A stretch of 64,000 bases of DNA, from positions 33,896 through 97,895 of the forward strand of contig JANXEA010000013.1 of NCBI GenBank assembly GCA_025059045.1, read 5' to 3'. Source of the DNA: Candidatus Bathyarchaeota archaeon. Lineage in GTDB: Archaea; Thermoproteota; Bathyarchaeia; Bathyarchaeales; DTEX01. This document shows, one piece after another, positions 1 to 10,064 of the stretch. The first letter of the stretch is position 1; each line of letters opens with the position of its first letter. Under the pieces are notes generated by a model. The model was not told where the DNA came from, ran no database searches, and saw nothing but the letters and a program-made list of their open reading frames with translations. The translations under genes were made by a program, and so were the position numbers.

Positions 1-788
1 TTGTATTTGTAGCCCATTTCTGCAGGTTCATGACCTCTTATAACAAAGCGTATTCTAAGCATTCTTATGAAAGATTCCGTCACATCCTCGCCAAATATGT
101 ATCCCGCACCACGTGATGATGGGATTGCACCTCTGATTTCATCCGACGGATCACTCCACAGGATCTCTTCGAGATGGCTCTCCATAGGATGTTTCTCAAA
201 CGCGTAGGCTACATCGTCGATGGTCCTTGCTTTGCTTGGTACCCCGCCATGAAGCATGACGCATTTTTCCTCAACTAGGACGCATGTGTAGAATTTTCTG
301 AATAGCTCGCTTAGCCTACTGTAGACGGATTCCCATCCTGCACCCATCTTCATTTTGATGTGGATAGGTAGATCATGCGGATGGGCTAGTAGGTCTTCTG
401 GCCCCTCGTGGTTCCCTTGCAAAAGTATCACATTGTTGGGGAACATGGACTTCAGGTTTAAGACTACATAATAGACTTCTGGAGATTGAAGTCCTCTGTC
501 CCCATAATCCCCCAAGAAGATGATGTACTCGTCAGGTTTGTCCGCTCTCTCCAAGAAGTTGGAATCCGCCAAAATCTTTCCAAGGCTCTGCATATCCCCA
601 TGGATATCGCCGATGACGGTCGCTCTTCCAGAGGCAGGGAGACGGACCAGTCTTCCGATAATCTTAATCTTCTCCGAAGTTCTTTCTCTCTCAGAAACTA
701 AGATGCGCTCAACTTTATCCACTAAGCTGAGAATGCTATCTGAATCTGAATCCTTCGCCTGCTCTAGGATCTCTGAAAGACTTTTCAT
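1..788 (-). CDS. PPP-family serine/threonine protein phosphatase (calcineurin-like metallophosphoesterase); C-terminus cut by window edge
   Basis: Own translation of the minus strand from the ATG at 788-786 gives MKSLSEILEQAKDSDSD...VIGDIHGD...FLGDYGDRG...LLQGNHE, i.e. the GDxHG, GDxxDRG and GNHE motifs. It is absent from the ORF track because it runs off the window. The + ORFs 486-701 and 520-816 are its antisense shadows. Confidence 0.8.
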   Translation of the reverse strand, partial: MKSLSEILEQAKDSDSDSILSLVDKVERILVSERERTSEKIKIIGRLVRLPASGRATVIGDIHGDMQSLGKILADSNFLERADKPDEYIIFLGDYGDRGLQSPEVYYVVLNLKSMFPNNVILLQGNHEGPEDLLAHPHDLPIHIKMKMGAGWESVYSRLSELFRKFYTCVLVEEKCVMLHGGVPSKARTIDDVAYAFEKHPMESHLEEILWSDPSDEIRGAIPSSRGAGYIFGEDVTESFIRMLRIRFVIRGHEPAEMGYKY

Positions 789-853
789 ACAAAACGTCAC
801 TGAAATGGATCAGTGAGAAATGATTTATTAAAGTTTGTGAATTACGTAACGAT

Positions 854-1942
854 TTGCATTATGGTCAGGTGCAGCCCATAATGCCAACTGCAAAAAGAAT
901 AGGTTTAGGCTTCAACGAGACTTTGGGCGCAACAATCCTGCCCTCACGTTGCATTGGATGCGGTTCATGCGTCGCAACTTGCCCAGCCAGCTGTATCGAA
1001 TATATTGATGGAAAACCATCCCTCAGGGGAGAATGCAGGTCATGCGGAATATGCTCAAAGATTTGTCCAAGATACGAGCTGCCCCTGTCAACTCTGGAGG
1101 AACTTGCTTTAGGAAGAAAAAGGGGTCCAAATGAACCGTTTGGTGTCTATAGAAGCTTGTGGGTGGCAAGAAGCATGGATGACAGAATATTAAGGGTATG
1201 CCAAGATGGCGGCGTCGTAACCTCTTTACTCAACTTCGCCCTGAAGAAGGGAATTATTGACGGGGCAGCTTTGTCTGGAGTAGACGAGAATGAGCCCTTA
1301 AGAGCTGTCCCCCGCCTTGCTCTCACAGAAAACAATTTGGTCCAATGTGCTGGGACACGATACAATTACTCGCCAAATATTCTCGCATTCGGAGAGGGAT
1401 TAGAGAGGGGGAAAGAGCGGCTTGCCTTCGTTGGAACCCCCTGCCAAATACAAGCTATTAGAAGAATACAGCATTTGCCGCTGAGAAGATTTTCAGACCA
1501 TCTGAGCCTAACCATCGGTCTCTTTTGTAGTGCATGCTTTACCTATGATGGTTTAGTAAAAGACTTCATATCTGGAAAGATGGGAATCGATCCATCAAGC
1601 ATAAAAAAGCTCAACATAAAAGGTCAGCTAATCATAACTATGAAGTCTGGAGACGTGAAGACGGTGCCCCTTAAAGAGATAAGGAAATATACTGCTAGAT
1701 GCGTTGAAGGATGCTCAGACTTCTCCGCAGAATTGGCGGACGTGTCAGTCGGCGGCTTAGGCCTGGAAGACTGGACAATGACGATACTTCGAACAGAATT
1801 TGGCGAAAGAGTCTTCATGGAAGCCAAGGCTAATGGCATAATTGAGGCGAAACCGTTAGATGAAGTGGACGGTAAGATCCTAGATCTACTTATAAGAATG
1901 TCGGTTAGGAAGCGTGAAGCTTCAGTTCTCACCCGTGCTTAG
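854..1942 (+). CDS. Coenzyme F420 hydrogenase/dehydrogenase beta-subunit family protein (FrhB/FpoF-like) with N-terminal 2x[4Fe-4S] domain
   Basis: Two ferredoxin motifs (CIGCGSCVATCP and CRSCGICSKICP) are followed by an FrhB/FdhB-like body. The start is TTG at 854, with an alternative ATG at 881. It is adjacent to mch and fwdCA. Confidence 0.7.
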   Translation: MHYGQVQPIMPTAKRIGLGFNETLGATILPSRCIGCGSCVATCPASCIEYIDGKPSLRGECRSCGICSKICPRYELPLSTLEELALGRKRGPNEPFGVYRSLWVARSMDDRILRVCQDGGVVTSLLNFALKKGIIDGAALSGVDENEPLRAVPRLALTENNLVQCAGTRYNYSPNILAFGEGLERGKERLAFVGTPCQIQAIRRIQHLPLRRFSDHLSLTIGLFCSACFTYDGLVKDFISGKMGIDPSSIKKLNIKGQLIITMKSGDVKTVPLKEIRKYTARCVEGCSDFSAELADVSVGGLGLEDWTMTILRTEFGERVFMEAKANGIIEAKPLDEVDGKILDLLIRMSVRKREASVLTRA

Positions 1943-2912
1943 GGGATGGAACTGGATTAAAGTCTAGAGACTTCATCAACATCTCCTTACTTGTCTCTCC
2001 AGCGCTGTAGATCCTCCCCGTTTTAATATTGTGGATCAAGGTTTTAGCTGGAGCGAAGGCTTCTGGATCAATCTTCTGGAAGTTGAAATCTGCCTCCTTA
2101 AAGATCTCCCTAAACAATCTGCCATAATACTTTGATGATGAGAAGACGGTTCTTGAAACGAGACTCTGGAGCACACCTTCATCCTCCCAATTTAAGGTGC
2201 AGCCGAATATGCCGCCATATAATACGGCATCGTTACCTCGACCCATCGCTTCAATAATGTCTGGATGGGGCAACATTATGGGAGCAGATCCCCATGCAGC
2301 AGCAATCCTCATTGGATCTACGCCCAGTTCAAGAAGCCTGTAAACACCTGTCTCGACTATCCGGCCCGAAATCTGCGTCAACCCAGCAATAGATCCCGTC
2401 GGCACAAGGATCAAGAACAAATTTTTTGGATCGACATCACATAAGCCGGCTATCATCTCGATAACCTCAGTCGGCGGTCTCCTTTCAGCTTCTAGCACAA
2501 GGACAGCAACATCCGATTTCTCACTATAGCCTATCCTCTCAAAAATACGCTTTGGCTTAAGAGCCAAGGCCCTGGCAGGACCAGATCCTATCGCCTCATA
2601 ATCGCTAACTCTAATATGCCAGCCGGCAAGCTGCGCCCCTAGAGTAGATATGGCCGGATGATCCGTGTATACCGAGATGTAGGGAAGGCCAAAATCTTCT
2701 TGGATGCTCATCGAGATACTTGCTTCACCGAGCCCGCCTAGGCATATCTCCGTTATCTTTTCGCCTGTCAATAGCCCTCCCTGCGCCTCTAACCCTGCAT
2801 CAATAAGTGTAGCGCCCAAACCGGCCTCTTCAATTTTCACGCCATACCTATTTGGCTGTTCTATGATTTCCTCCAATATTTTGAATGCGTTACGATTCAT
2901 TTCAAGGCTCAT
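1929..2912 (-). CDS. mch: Methenyltetrahydromethanopterin cyclohydrolase
   Basis: 327 aa. The N-terminus (NRNAFKILEEII..P..YGVKIEE...GATLIDAGL) and the overall length are typical of Mch. It lies directly downstream of fwdA-fwdC. Confidence 0.88.
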   Translation of the reverse strand: MSLEMNRNAFKILEEIIEQPNRYGVKIEEAGLGATLIDAGLEAQGGLLTGEKITEICLGGLGEASISMSIQEDFGLPYISVYTDHPAISTLGAQLAGWHIRVSDYEAIGSGPARALALKPKRIFERIGYSEKSDVAVLVLEAERRPPTEVIEMIAGLCDVDPKNLFLILVPTGSIAGLTQISGRIVETGVYRLLELGVDPMRIAAAWGSAPIMLPHPDIIEAMGRGNDAVLYGGIFGCTLNWEDEGVLQSLVSRTVFSSSKYYGRLFREIFKEADFNFQKIDPEAFAPAKTLIHNIKTGRIYSAGETSKEMLMKSLDFNPVPSPKHG

Positions 2913-2940
2913 AATATACCATCCCAGTTTCAGACACTAA

Positions 2941-3663
2941 CTAAAGATATTTCTCATAGGATCTTAGTTGCGGATTCTTCTCCTTGGCGACGAAAAGCTT
3001 CCCCTCACCGCCCTCCGCAATATCTCCGATGAAACGATAAAATGGTCCCTGGATCACTTCACCGTCTATTTTAACATTTTCTCTAATCGAATCAATGATA
3101 AAAGTTGGGAGAACAGTTGGCATATAGCCGCACACTATGATCCTGCCGTTAAGCATATTGGCCCCTGCCCTCCCACCACAATCACCACCTACAAGTATTG
3201 ATCCGTCCTTCATGTTGGCGCCTGCAAACTCGCCCACATTCCCCATTATCCTTATGAATCCCCCCATCATGTTGCGTCCAACCTCATTACCAGCATTTCC
3301 ATGCACGACGATTGTTCCGCCCCTCATACCATTCACTTCTCCCCGAAGTGTCGAGCCCACATGATCGTCTGCAGAACCGAAAATCTCGATCCTTCCTCCC
3401 ATCATCATGCACCCGACCCAAGAGTCCGCATCACCCATAACAATTATTTCGCCTCCAACCATCATCTCGCCCAAACGCATCCCTATATTTCCCTCGATGA
3501 ATATCTGACCGTTTGTCATCTTGGCACCGACCATCCTAACTTTGTCCAGGTCACCGTATATCTGGATTATGCAAGGCTCTGGGTATTCTTTATCACATCT
3601 AATCTGGAACAGGTCTTCTAGGTGGCGAAGCTTATTTCCCTCCCAAACCGTGAATGAGGACAC
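2941..3663 (-). CDS. fwdC: Formylmethanofuran dehydrogenase subunit C
   Basis: 240 aa of repeated G-x-x-G-x-x-(M/V/I)-x-G-G beta-helix motifs (GEMMVGGEIIVMGDA, GCMMMGGRIEIFGSA, GNEVGRNMMGGFIRIMGNV) typical of the FwdC/GXGXG family. Confidence 0.85.
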   Translation of the reverse strand: MSSFTVWEGNKLRHLEDLFQIRCDKEYPEPCIIQIYGDLDKVRMVGAKMTNGQIFIEGNIGMRLGEMMVGGEIIVMGDADSWVGCMMMGGRIEIFGSADDHVGSTLRGEVNGMRGGTIVVHGNAGNEVGRNMMGGFIRIMGNVGEFAGANMKDGSILVGGDCGGRAGANMLNGRIIVCGYMPTVLPTFIIDSIRENVKIDGEVIQGPFYRFIGDIAEGGEGKLFVAKEKNPQLRSYEKYL

Positions 3664-3761
3664 TTCTTCGATAGCTCGGCCTGAGAATCGATCGGGGCTT
3701 ATGCATTCCGCGTAGACAGGAACCTTGAATTGCTTTCTAGGAGTAAGTATGTACTTAATTT

Positions 3762-5471
3762 TTATACCTCCGCTTTTACAGAGATAGGTGATGAGTTCCT
3801 AATGAAACCTTCATGAATAAAATAATTGTCCATCTCAACCGTCCAATAATCTCTAAACCTCTCTTTTAAGTCCTTAATCGCTGTCTCATAAAGTTCCATT
3901 CGTGAATGGCAATTGAACCTCACGTCCACCCAATAGGTGCGCCCCTCAGCAGATCTAGTTACTTTGCCATCCCATACGATAATCTTTCCACCCTTGATCA
4001 CATATTTAGCGTTTTGAAATGCCTTCCGAACATTCTTATGCCTTCTTGAAAGGTCGGTCTCTCGCGGGTTTAAATCATAGATGGCTATGTCCGCATCTGC
4101 TCCCACACCCAGGTGCCCCTTTGTGGTAAGCCCAAGAGATCTGGCTGGACCGGCACGAGTGATAATAGCAACATCGTAAAGGTCATACTCTCTATCGATG
4201 CTTGGTAGGAGACTTCTCTTCCTAGCCTTCGCATTAGCCTTATTAAGGGTCGCCTCTCGCGACCTGCGACTAACAAGCCAAGAGATTATTCTAGGATATG
4301 TTGTAAAGGGAGCCCCGTTCGGGTGGTCAGTGGTCAGGAATATTTTCCATGGGTCCCTAATCAGTAATGCGAGCTCAAGCCCTATAGACCACATTATGGC
4401 GTGCACATAATTCTTCCTTCTATACTTGAATGGAACTATGCCTGCTCCTGTCTCGGTCTCTACATCATGATTTACCCATTTATTCCCACTCAATCCGTAA
4501 AGCGTGTATTGCCAAGGGCCGTCAGCAGTCATCGTTGTTGTATCCACAAACGCTATCTGACCCATGTCTATAGTCACATGAGTGTGACTGTTAACGTAAC
4601 TGGAGATCTCCTCGGCCCCTGACCTCATCGTTCTCCAATCCTCTCCCTTGAATGAACTGAACTGGCAATGCGTAATGTGTAGTATCGGCTTATTTCCAGA
4701 TGCTAGATCCTCGACGCATCCCATCGTCTCTAAGGTCGTCTCATAATTCCCCGGCTGACCCAGGCGGTTAGTGTGCAGATGTAGGGAGTGTGGCATATTC
4801 AAGATCTTGTTGACCTTGCAAAGGCCGCGGACTATCTGCCTAGGCGTAATACCAAAATATGTGATCTGATCATCGAGGCTTTCAACATTCCCCCCAAAAC
4901 CCCACGCTTCAACTCCGCCTGGATTAACAACCTTAATCGCATAGCCCTTAGTCGCACTGATCATCCAAGCAACATGCATCGCACACTCTTCAATCATGTC
5001 CCTGCTAAGATACTCTAGCACAAACCACCAGTCGCCGAGCAGGGGAAAAGTGACCTTATCAAGGATCGGCGTGTCCGCAAGTTCCTCATGGGCGTGCCGG
5101 GCCTCAAGCGGCGGCATCGATGGATTGCATATCATAGTGTAACCCATTCGAGCATAACGGTAACCAGTTATGAAGGTTGTCGGAACCGAATGCCCAACCC
5201 CCGATCTTAACCCTGAAGTCTTAGGCTCAAAATCCTTGAAATGATCTTCAGGCCTTATGAGACGCCCCATATTGACCTCGGATCCTGCGATATGAGTGTG
5301 AATATCAACACCACCTGGCATAACAGTCCTGCCTGAAGCATCAATAACCTTAACTACCTCGCCCTCTATCCTATCGACAACTTTGCCATCATCAATAAGA
5401 ATGTCCATAATGTCTCCCTTCACGCCGTTCATGGGGTCGAAGACGAAACCGTTCTTGATCAGTAGTTTCAA
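3762..5471 (-). CDS. fwdA: Formylmethanofuran dehydrogenase subunit A (amidohydrolase fold)
   Basis: 569 aa. The N-terminus reads LIKNGFVFDPMNGVKGDIMDILIDDGKVV...PGGVDIHTHIAG, which includes the metal-binding HxH. The TTG start is preceded by AGGTGG. Confidence 0.9.
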   Translation of the reverse strand: MKLLIKNGFVFDPMNGVKGDIMDILIDDGKVVDRIEGEVVKVIDASGRTVMPGGVDIHTHIAGSEVNMGRLIRPEDHFKDFEPKTSGLRSGVGHSVPTTFITGYRYARMGYTMICNPSMPPLEARHAHEELADTPILDKVTFPLLGDWWFVLEYLSRDMIEECAMHVAWMISATKGYAIKVVNPGGVEAWGFGGNVESLDDQITYFGITPRQIVRGLCKVNKILNMPHSLHLHTNRLGQPGNYETTLETMGCVEDLASGNKPILHITHCQFSSFKGEDWRTMRSGAEEISSYVNSHTHVTIDMGQIAFVDTTTMTADGPWQYTLYGLSGNKWVNHDVETETGAGIVPFKYRRKNYVHAIMWSIGLELALLIRDPWKIFLTTDHPNGAPFTTYPRIISWLVSRRSREATLNKANAKARKRSLLPSIDREYDLYDVAIITRAGPARSLGLTTKGHLGVGADADIAIYDLNPRETDLSRRHKNVRKAFQNAKYVIKGGKIIVWDGKVTRSAEGRTYWVDVRFNCHSRMELYETAIKDLKERFRDYWTVEMDNYFIHEGFIRNSSPISVKAEV

Positions 5472-5571
5472 GATTCCACCTATCCAGACAGTCTGTCAGC
5501 GCTGAAGAAGTAAGAACAGAAACGAACTTTCCATCAGGAAGTATAAAATCTTTTACGCCCTTAAAGAATGT

Positions 5572-6144
5572 TTATCGCGCATGTAGGGCTATTCTTTCCA
5601 TCTCGTTCCTTTTCTGCACTGCATAGCTTCCCGGATCCTTGTTCGCTGCTGCGATTATCTCGTCAGCGAGGCATTCCTCAAAGGGTTTAGGATTACCAAA
5701 GGCCGCTTTCCTAGCGCCTTCCGCTATGAACCTTAGGGCCAAGTCGACCCTCCGCTGGGGGGATATGTCAACCGCCTGTGGATAGGCAATTCCGCCATAA
5801 ATAATCCTTGTAATGTCCTCACAAGGCGCTGAGTTCTCGACCGCTCTTACGAGAACCTCAACTGGATTACGTCCCGTGCGGAGATTAATGATCTCAAAAG
5901 CTTTTCTGACGAAGTTTATTGCCCTAGCCTTCTTTCCCGCATTCTTTCCTGGTCGCATGAGGCTGTTTACAAGTCTTTCCACTATGTTTAATCGGGATTT
6001 GTGAAACCTGTGATGTTCATGCCTTCCCATTGTGTGTGGCAAGTGGACTGGTGTTAGGGAAATGTACCTTTGTAGCCCTAAATCCTTAACCTCCACGTTG
6101 AAGTCCCATTTTCCGAAGATCTTTAAATTCTCCAGCTCGCTCAA
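5572..6144 (-). CDS. rps7: 30S ribosomal protein uS7
   Basis: 190 aa. [20 protein letters not shown]...[19 protein letters not shown]...[22 protein letters not shown] is the archaeal S7 pattern. Confidence 0.9.
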   Translation of the reverse strand: MSELENLKIFGKWDFNVEVKDLGLQRYISLTPVHLPHTMGRHEHHRFHKSRLNIVERLVNSLMRPGKNAGKKARAINFVRKAFEIINLRTGRNPVEVLVRAVENSAPCEDITRIIYGGIAYPQAVDISPQRRVDLALRFIAEGARKAAFGNPKPFEECLADEIIAAANKDPGSYAVQKRNEMERIALHAR

Positions 6145-6201
6145 TCATTTCACCATTCAATAGGGTGGATTAATCTTGAACATTACATCATTATTTAAGC
6201 A

Positions 6202-7146
6202 TTATGAAAGCGTCCATTTACCTAAAACATAAGCGAAGATCGCCTTGGAAGAGTGAAGCCTATTCTCAGCTTGATCCCAGACTATCGATCTCGGACCGTC
6301 GATAACTTCGTCCGTCACTTCCTCCATCCTATGCGCTGGCAAACAATGCATGAACAACACTTGGTCTGAGGCTTTCTCTAAGAGTGCCGATGTTACTTGA
6401 TATTTTGGAATGAAAACCCTCAGCCTCTCCTCCCTTTCAGCCTCATCGCCCATTGAGACAAACGTGTCTGTGTAAACAATATCCGCGTCTTTGACAGCTT
6501 CAACCGGATCCCGGACTAACCTTACTTCTGACCCGCTTAATCTCGCGTTTTCAAGCGCCCACTTAAGTACTGTAGGATCAGGCTCAAAATTTTTTGGGCA
6601 GGCTACGGAAATATTGATTCCAACTTTACTGCATGCAATAAGAAGGGAATTGCAAACGTTATTTCCGTCTCCTACGTATGCGAGCTTTAAGCCTTTAAGC
6701 GAACCATGTTTCTCCCATATAGTGTATAGATCTGCAATGGCCTGGCATGGATGATGCAGGTCTGAGAGCGCATTGATGACTGGTATTAAAGCATACTTAG
6801 CCATCTCTTCAAGATCTGAATGTTTATGAACCCTCATAACCAATCCGTCTACATACCTGCTTAGAACCCGAGCAGTGTCAGCGATCGTTTCTCCCCTTCC
6901 GAGCTGCGACTCGCTCCACCCCAGATAGATGGCGTTTCCACCTAGTTGATGGATCGCCACTTCAAATGAAAGCCTTGTCCGAGTGGATGGCTTCTGGAAC
7001 AATAAAGCGATATTAAATCCGTGGAGAAGCTTCCCCACCCTATTGGCTTTCTTCTTGAATGTGTCTGTGGCCTCCAGCAGTTTCCAGATCTCTTCTTCTG
7101 TGCACTCTTGGAGTGTGAGAAAGTCGCGGCCCCTCTTCTCAATCAT
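6202..7146 (-). CDS. argF: Ornithine carbamoyltransferase
   Basis: Contains the STRTRLSFE, HPCQ, DGNNV, SMGDE and HCLPAHR motifs. The ORF extends to 7191, but the internal ATG at 7146 (MIEKRGRDFL) avoids overlap with the leuS 3' end. Confidence 0.85.
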   Translation of the reverse strand: MIEKRGRDFLTLQECTEEEIWKLLEATDTFKKKANRVGKLLHGFNIALLFQKPSTRTRLSFEVAIHQLGGNAIYLGWSESQLGRGETIADTARVLSRYVDGLVMRVHKHSDLEEMAKYALIPVINALSDLHHPCQAIADLYTIWEKHGSLKGLKLAYVGDGNNVCNSLLIACSKVGINISVACPKNFEPDPTVLKWALENARLSGSEVRLVRDPVEAVKDADIVYTDTFVSMGDEAEREERLRVFIPKYQVTSALLEKASDQVLFMHCLPAHRMEEVTDEVIDGPRSIVWDQAENRLHSSKAIFAYVLGKWTLS

Positions 7147-7174
7147 CTTCCATTCCCCATTCACATCCAGCTCC

Positions 7175-10060
7175 TCAGGCACCCTCCACATAGATAGCGG
7201 GCCTTAAAGGTTTTGCAACCCCTGCTTTTCCTTTTGGGTCATACTTCTCCGAATCATCCTCACTATATACATAAATTTCGGTATTCAGCTCGCGTCTCAG
7301 CAGACTGGCGGCGTCCATGATTATTTCCTTCTCATCTATCTTCCCGGCTCTAATTCTTCTCTCCCTTATCGCCTGTGGAAGAGAATTGATTTCACCCACT
7401 ATCTTCGAGATGTATTCAGCAGTCTTCCTCGCTTTCTCTTTTTCCCCTGCAAACTCTTTCATGACGTCGCGGATCTCAACCTTTCTCTCCAAGGACTTTC
7501 GGAGAATATTTAGGTAGATGTCCCATTTCCACTCTGAGCAGACGTAGTAGCATATCCTTCTGGGCGACACCTTAGTCGCCTTCAAAATATTATTTGTGTC
7601 CTCAAGCAGAGCTCTAACGTAATCCTCGATCTCTTCTGCTGCAGCATCAATCAAGGATTCATCATATCTCGGCCACTCTGCAACTGAGATGAAGCCTTTA
7701 TTCCCAAGCAGCTGCCATAGTTCCTCACTTAGGTATGGGATAAATGGTGATAAGAGGCGAAGCCAGATGTTAGCAACTTCCCTTAAAACTTTTGGATTAG
7801 GCTTCTCCGTCCTACGCATATACCAGCGAATGTCATTCCAAACCTCGAAGAACGCTATTTCAGCAGCCGTCCTAGTCTTCATGACTTGAATGGCCTCAGT
7901 TACCGCCCTGATTCTCCTATGAAGAACCGAGAGAAGCCATCGGTCGATGCTCCTCATCTCGCTGGCGCCTTCAAGGTTTATCATCTCATTTATGAACCTG
8001 TATAGAGCTCTTAGCTTCCCATCTATGCTTCTGGCATTCTCCTCCCGCCAGTCAGGATCATCCATATCCTCAGCCGCAAGAAGCAGAGTCAACCTTGTAA
8101 CATCGGCGCCTAAACGGTCAAGTGCGCTCTTAAGTGTTACAAAATTCCCCTTAGACTTCGACATCTTATCGCCTTCGATTGTTAAGACTCCATTGACACC
8201 GATCCCTTTAGGCCAATATTTTCTCGGGAATAACGCTACATGCTGGAAGATGAAGAATGATAGGTGATTCGGCACTAGCTCCTTGGCTGAAACTCTAAGG
8301 TCAACTGGATACCAGTACTCGAACTCGCTTTTCATCTCCGCCAAAATTTCACGGCTTATACCTGTCCTATTAGAGATTTCCTCAGCATTTCCATCTCCGA
8401 AAAATATGTAGTCGAAAACTTCATTCATTAACTGTTCAGCTTTGACTCCATGCTGCCTTATGGGTTTTGCAATCGTGTAGAAGGCCATGTAGATTGTCGA
8501 GTCGCTTAGAGTCTCAACTATCCAGTCTGGGCTCCATGGGAGTGGGGTGCCCAATCCGGTTCGCCTTGCGCATGCCCAGTCTCGAAGCCAATCGATCTTA
8601 TCGTGGAAATAGGCACGAGCCGCCTCAGGGTATATTTTTGCCTGATCAACCGCTTCATGAGCCAGCTTCTTCCAGTCATTGTCTGAGTATCTTAAGAACC
8701 ATTGATCTGAAAGAACTTTCACAATGCATGGAGTTGTGCAGCGGCAAATGACCTTCTGGGGCAGATCATACATTGAATCTGCTATTCCCATCTTCTTGAA
8801 GTCTTCTATGAGCTCCGCCTTAACATCTTGAACTCTTCTGCCAGCATACTTGCCAACAATTGACTTCAAGATGCCGGTATGAAACTCCTCCCTATATATA
8901 ATTGATGTTGCCTCTTCAACTCTAGAGTCAAACTGGTCTTTTATGCCCATTCGTTCTACAATTTCTATGGCTGGATAATCGCCGAAATCTTTTATGCTGA
9001 TTAATGAAATAGGCCTAATCGATTTAACGACTTCAGGTTGTATACCGAATTTTTTAAGTTCCTCTGGTTTTGAAATCAAATCTTTGATGGCGATCCAATC
9101 TGCAGGCGCATGGGCTGGAACGCTGTAAACCACGCCTGTCGCAGAGTTTGGATCCACAAACCATCCTGGCAGTATCGGAAGTTCTCTACGAGATACTGGG
9201 TCAATAAAGTATTTTCCTATTAGCTCGGCTCCCTTAAACTCACGGATCTTCTCAATGTTCTTGAGCTGCTCCTTGAGTTTGAAGGCGGCCTCTCTGCTCA
9301 CGATCCAATTCTCGCCGTCTACCTTTGCCTCAACGTAAACCGCATCTGGATTTATGAACATGTTTGTGACGCCATAGATGGTTTCGGGGCGGAAAGTTGC
9401 GGCAGGCAGATATGAATCGCCAAATCTAAACTTTAGCAAGGTGTATTCTTCTGGTGATACGCCTTCTCCCTCCAGTCTATCATGGTCGCCTGTAGGGCTT
9501 TCGCATTTTGGGCACCAGACAACAGGATGGGTTCCCCGGGCCACATATCCCTTCTTCCGAAGCGTCTCATACTGCCACTCAATAAATCGGCTGTATGTAG
9601 GTTCAAGGTATGTTGTGTGAAACTCTCTTCTCCAGTCTATTGAGAAACCGATCCTCTTAACTGCCTCTCTACTTTCCCTCGTATAATACTCAGCCATATA
9701 AATAGGGTCTACGAACCTCTGAAGATCATCATCTTTGACGCCGTCAATCTCCTTAAGCGCTCTAATCAAGTCTTTATCACCCATCTTCACCCTGAGCGCA
9801 GCTCCAACTATAGGCTCACCCGTCCAATGCCAAGCCCAGGGCCAAAGAGTGTTGAATCCTCTCATACGCATGAAACGCGCGAAGACGTCAACTCGAGTCG
9901 CAGTGAACGCATGACCAATATGTAAGGGGCCATTCATGTAGGGATATGGAAACGTTACAAAGCATTTCTCCCGTCTAGGATCAGGGTCAGCCTCGAATAT
10001 TCGGCTTTCCTCCCACCTAGACCTCCACTTATCTTCTATCTCTCTCCAATTAAGTGACAT
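7175..10060 (-). CDS. leuS: Leucyl-tRNA synthetase
   Basis: 961 aa. Class I motifs PYMNGPLHIGH (HIGH) and KMSKSKGN (KMSKS); archaeal-type length. Confidence 0.95.
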   Translation of the reverse strand: MSLNWREIEDKWRSRWEESRIFEADPDPRREKCFVTFPYPYMNGPLHIGHAFTATRVDVFARFMRMRGFNTLWPWAWHWTGEPIVGAALRVKMGDKDLIRALKEIDGVKDDDLQRFVDPIYMAEYYTRESREAVKRIGFSIDWRREFHTTYLEPTYSRFIEWQYETLRKKGYVARGTHPVVWCPKCESPTGDHDRLEGEGVSPEEYTLLKFRFGDSYLPAATFRPETIYGVTNMFINPDAVYVEAKVDGENWIVSREAAFKLKEQLKNIEKIREFKGAELIGKYFIDPVSRRELPILPGWFVDPNSATGVVYSVPAHAPADWIAIKDLISKPEELKKFGIQPEVVKSIRPISLISIKDFGDYPAIEIVERMGIKDQFDSRVEEATSIIYREEFHTGILKSIVGKYAGRRVQDVKAELIEDFKKMGIADSMYDLPQKVICRCTTPCIVKVLSDQWFLRYSDNDWKKLAHEAVDQAKIYPEAARAYFHDKIDWLRDWACARRTGLGTPLPWSPDWIVETLSDSTIYMAFYTIAKPIRQHGVKAEQLMNEVFDYIFFGDGNAEEISNRTGISREILAEMKSEFEYWYPVDLRVSAKELVPNHLSFFIFQHVALFPRKYWPKGIGVNGVLTIEGDKMSKSKGNFVTLKSALDRLGADVTRLTLLLAAEDMDDPDWREENARSIDGKLRALYRFINEMINLEGASEMRSIDRWLLSVLHRRIRAVTEAIQVMKTRTAAEIAFFEVWNDIRWYMRRTEKPNPKVLREVANIWLRLLSPFIPYLSEELWQLLGNKGFISVAEWPRYDESLIDAAAEEIEDYVRALLEDTNNILKATKVSPRRICYYVCSEWKWDIYLNILRKSLERKVEIRDVMKEFAGEKEKARKTAEYISKIVGEINSLPQAIRERRIRAGKIDEKEIIMDAASLLRRELNTEIYVYSEDDSEKYDPKGKAGVAKPLRPAIYVEGA

Positions 10061-10064
10061 CCAA

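Noticed and set aside
486-816. The + strand ORFs 486-701 (71 aa) and 520-816 (98 aa) from the track.
   Set aside because: Both lie antisense to a much better minus-strand reading frame encoding a PPP phosphatase with intact GDxHG, GDxxDRG and GNHE motifs. Their own products are low-complexity and match no family I recognise.
5485-5497. A small palindrome GACAG-T-CTGTC in the fwdA 5' leader, as a possible operator.
   Set aside because: The arms are only 5 bp, which is expected by chance in 64 kb. There is no second copy elsewhere in the window.
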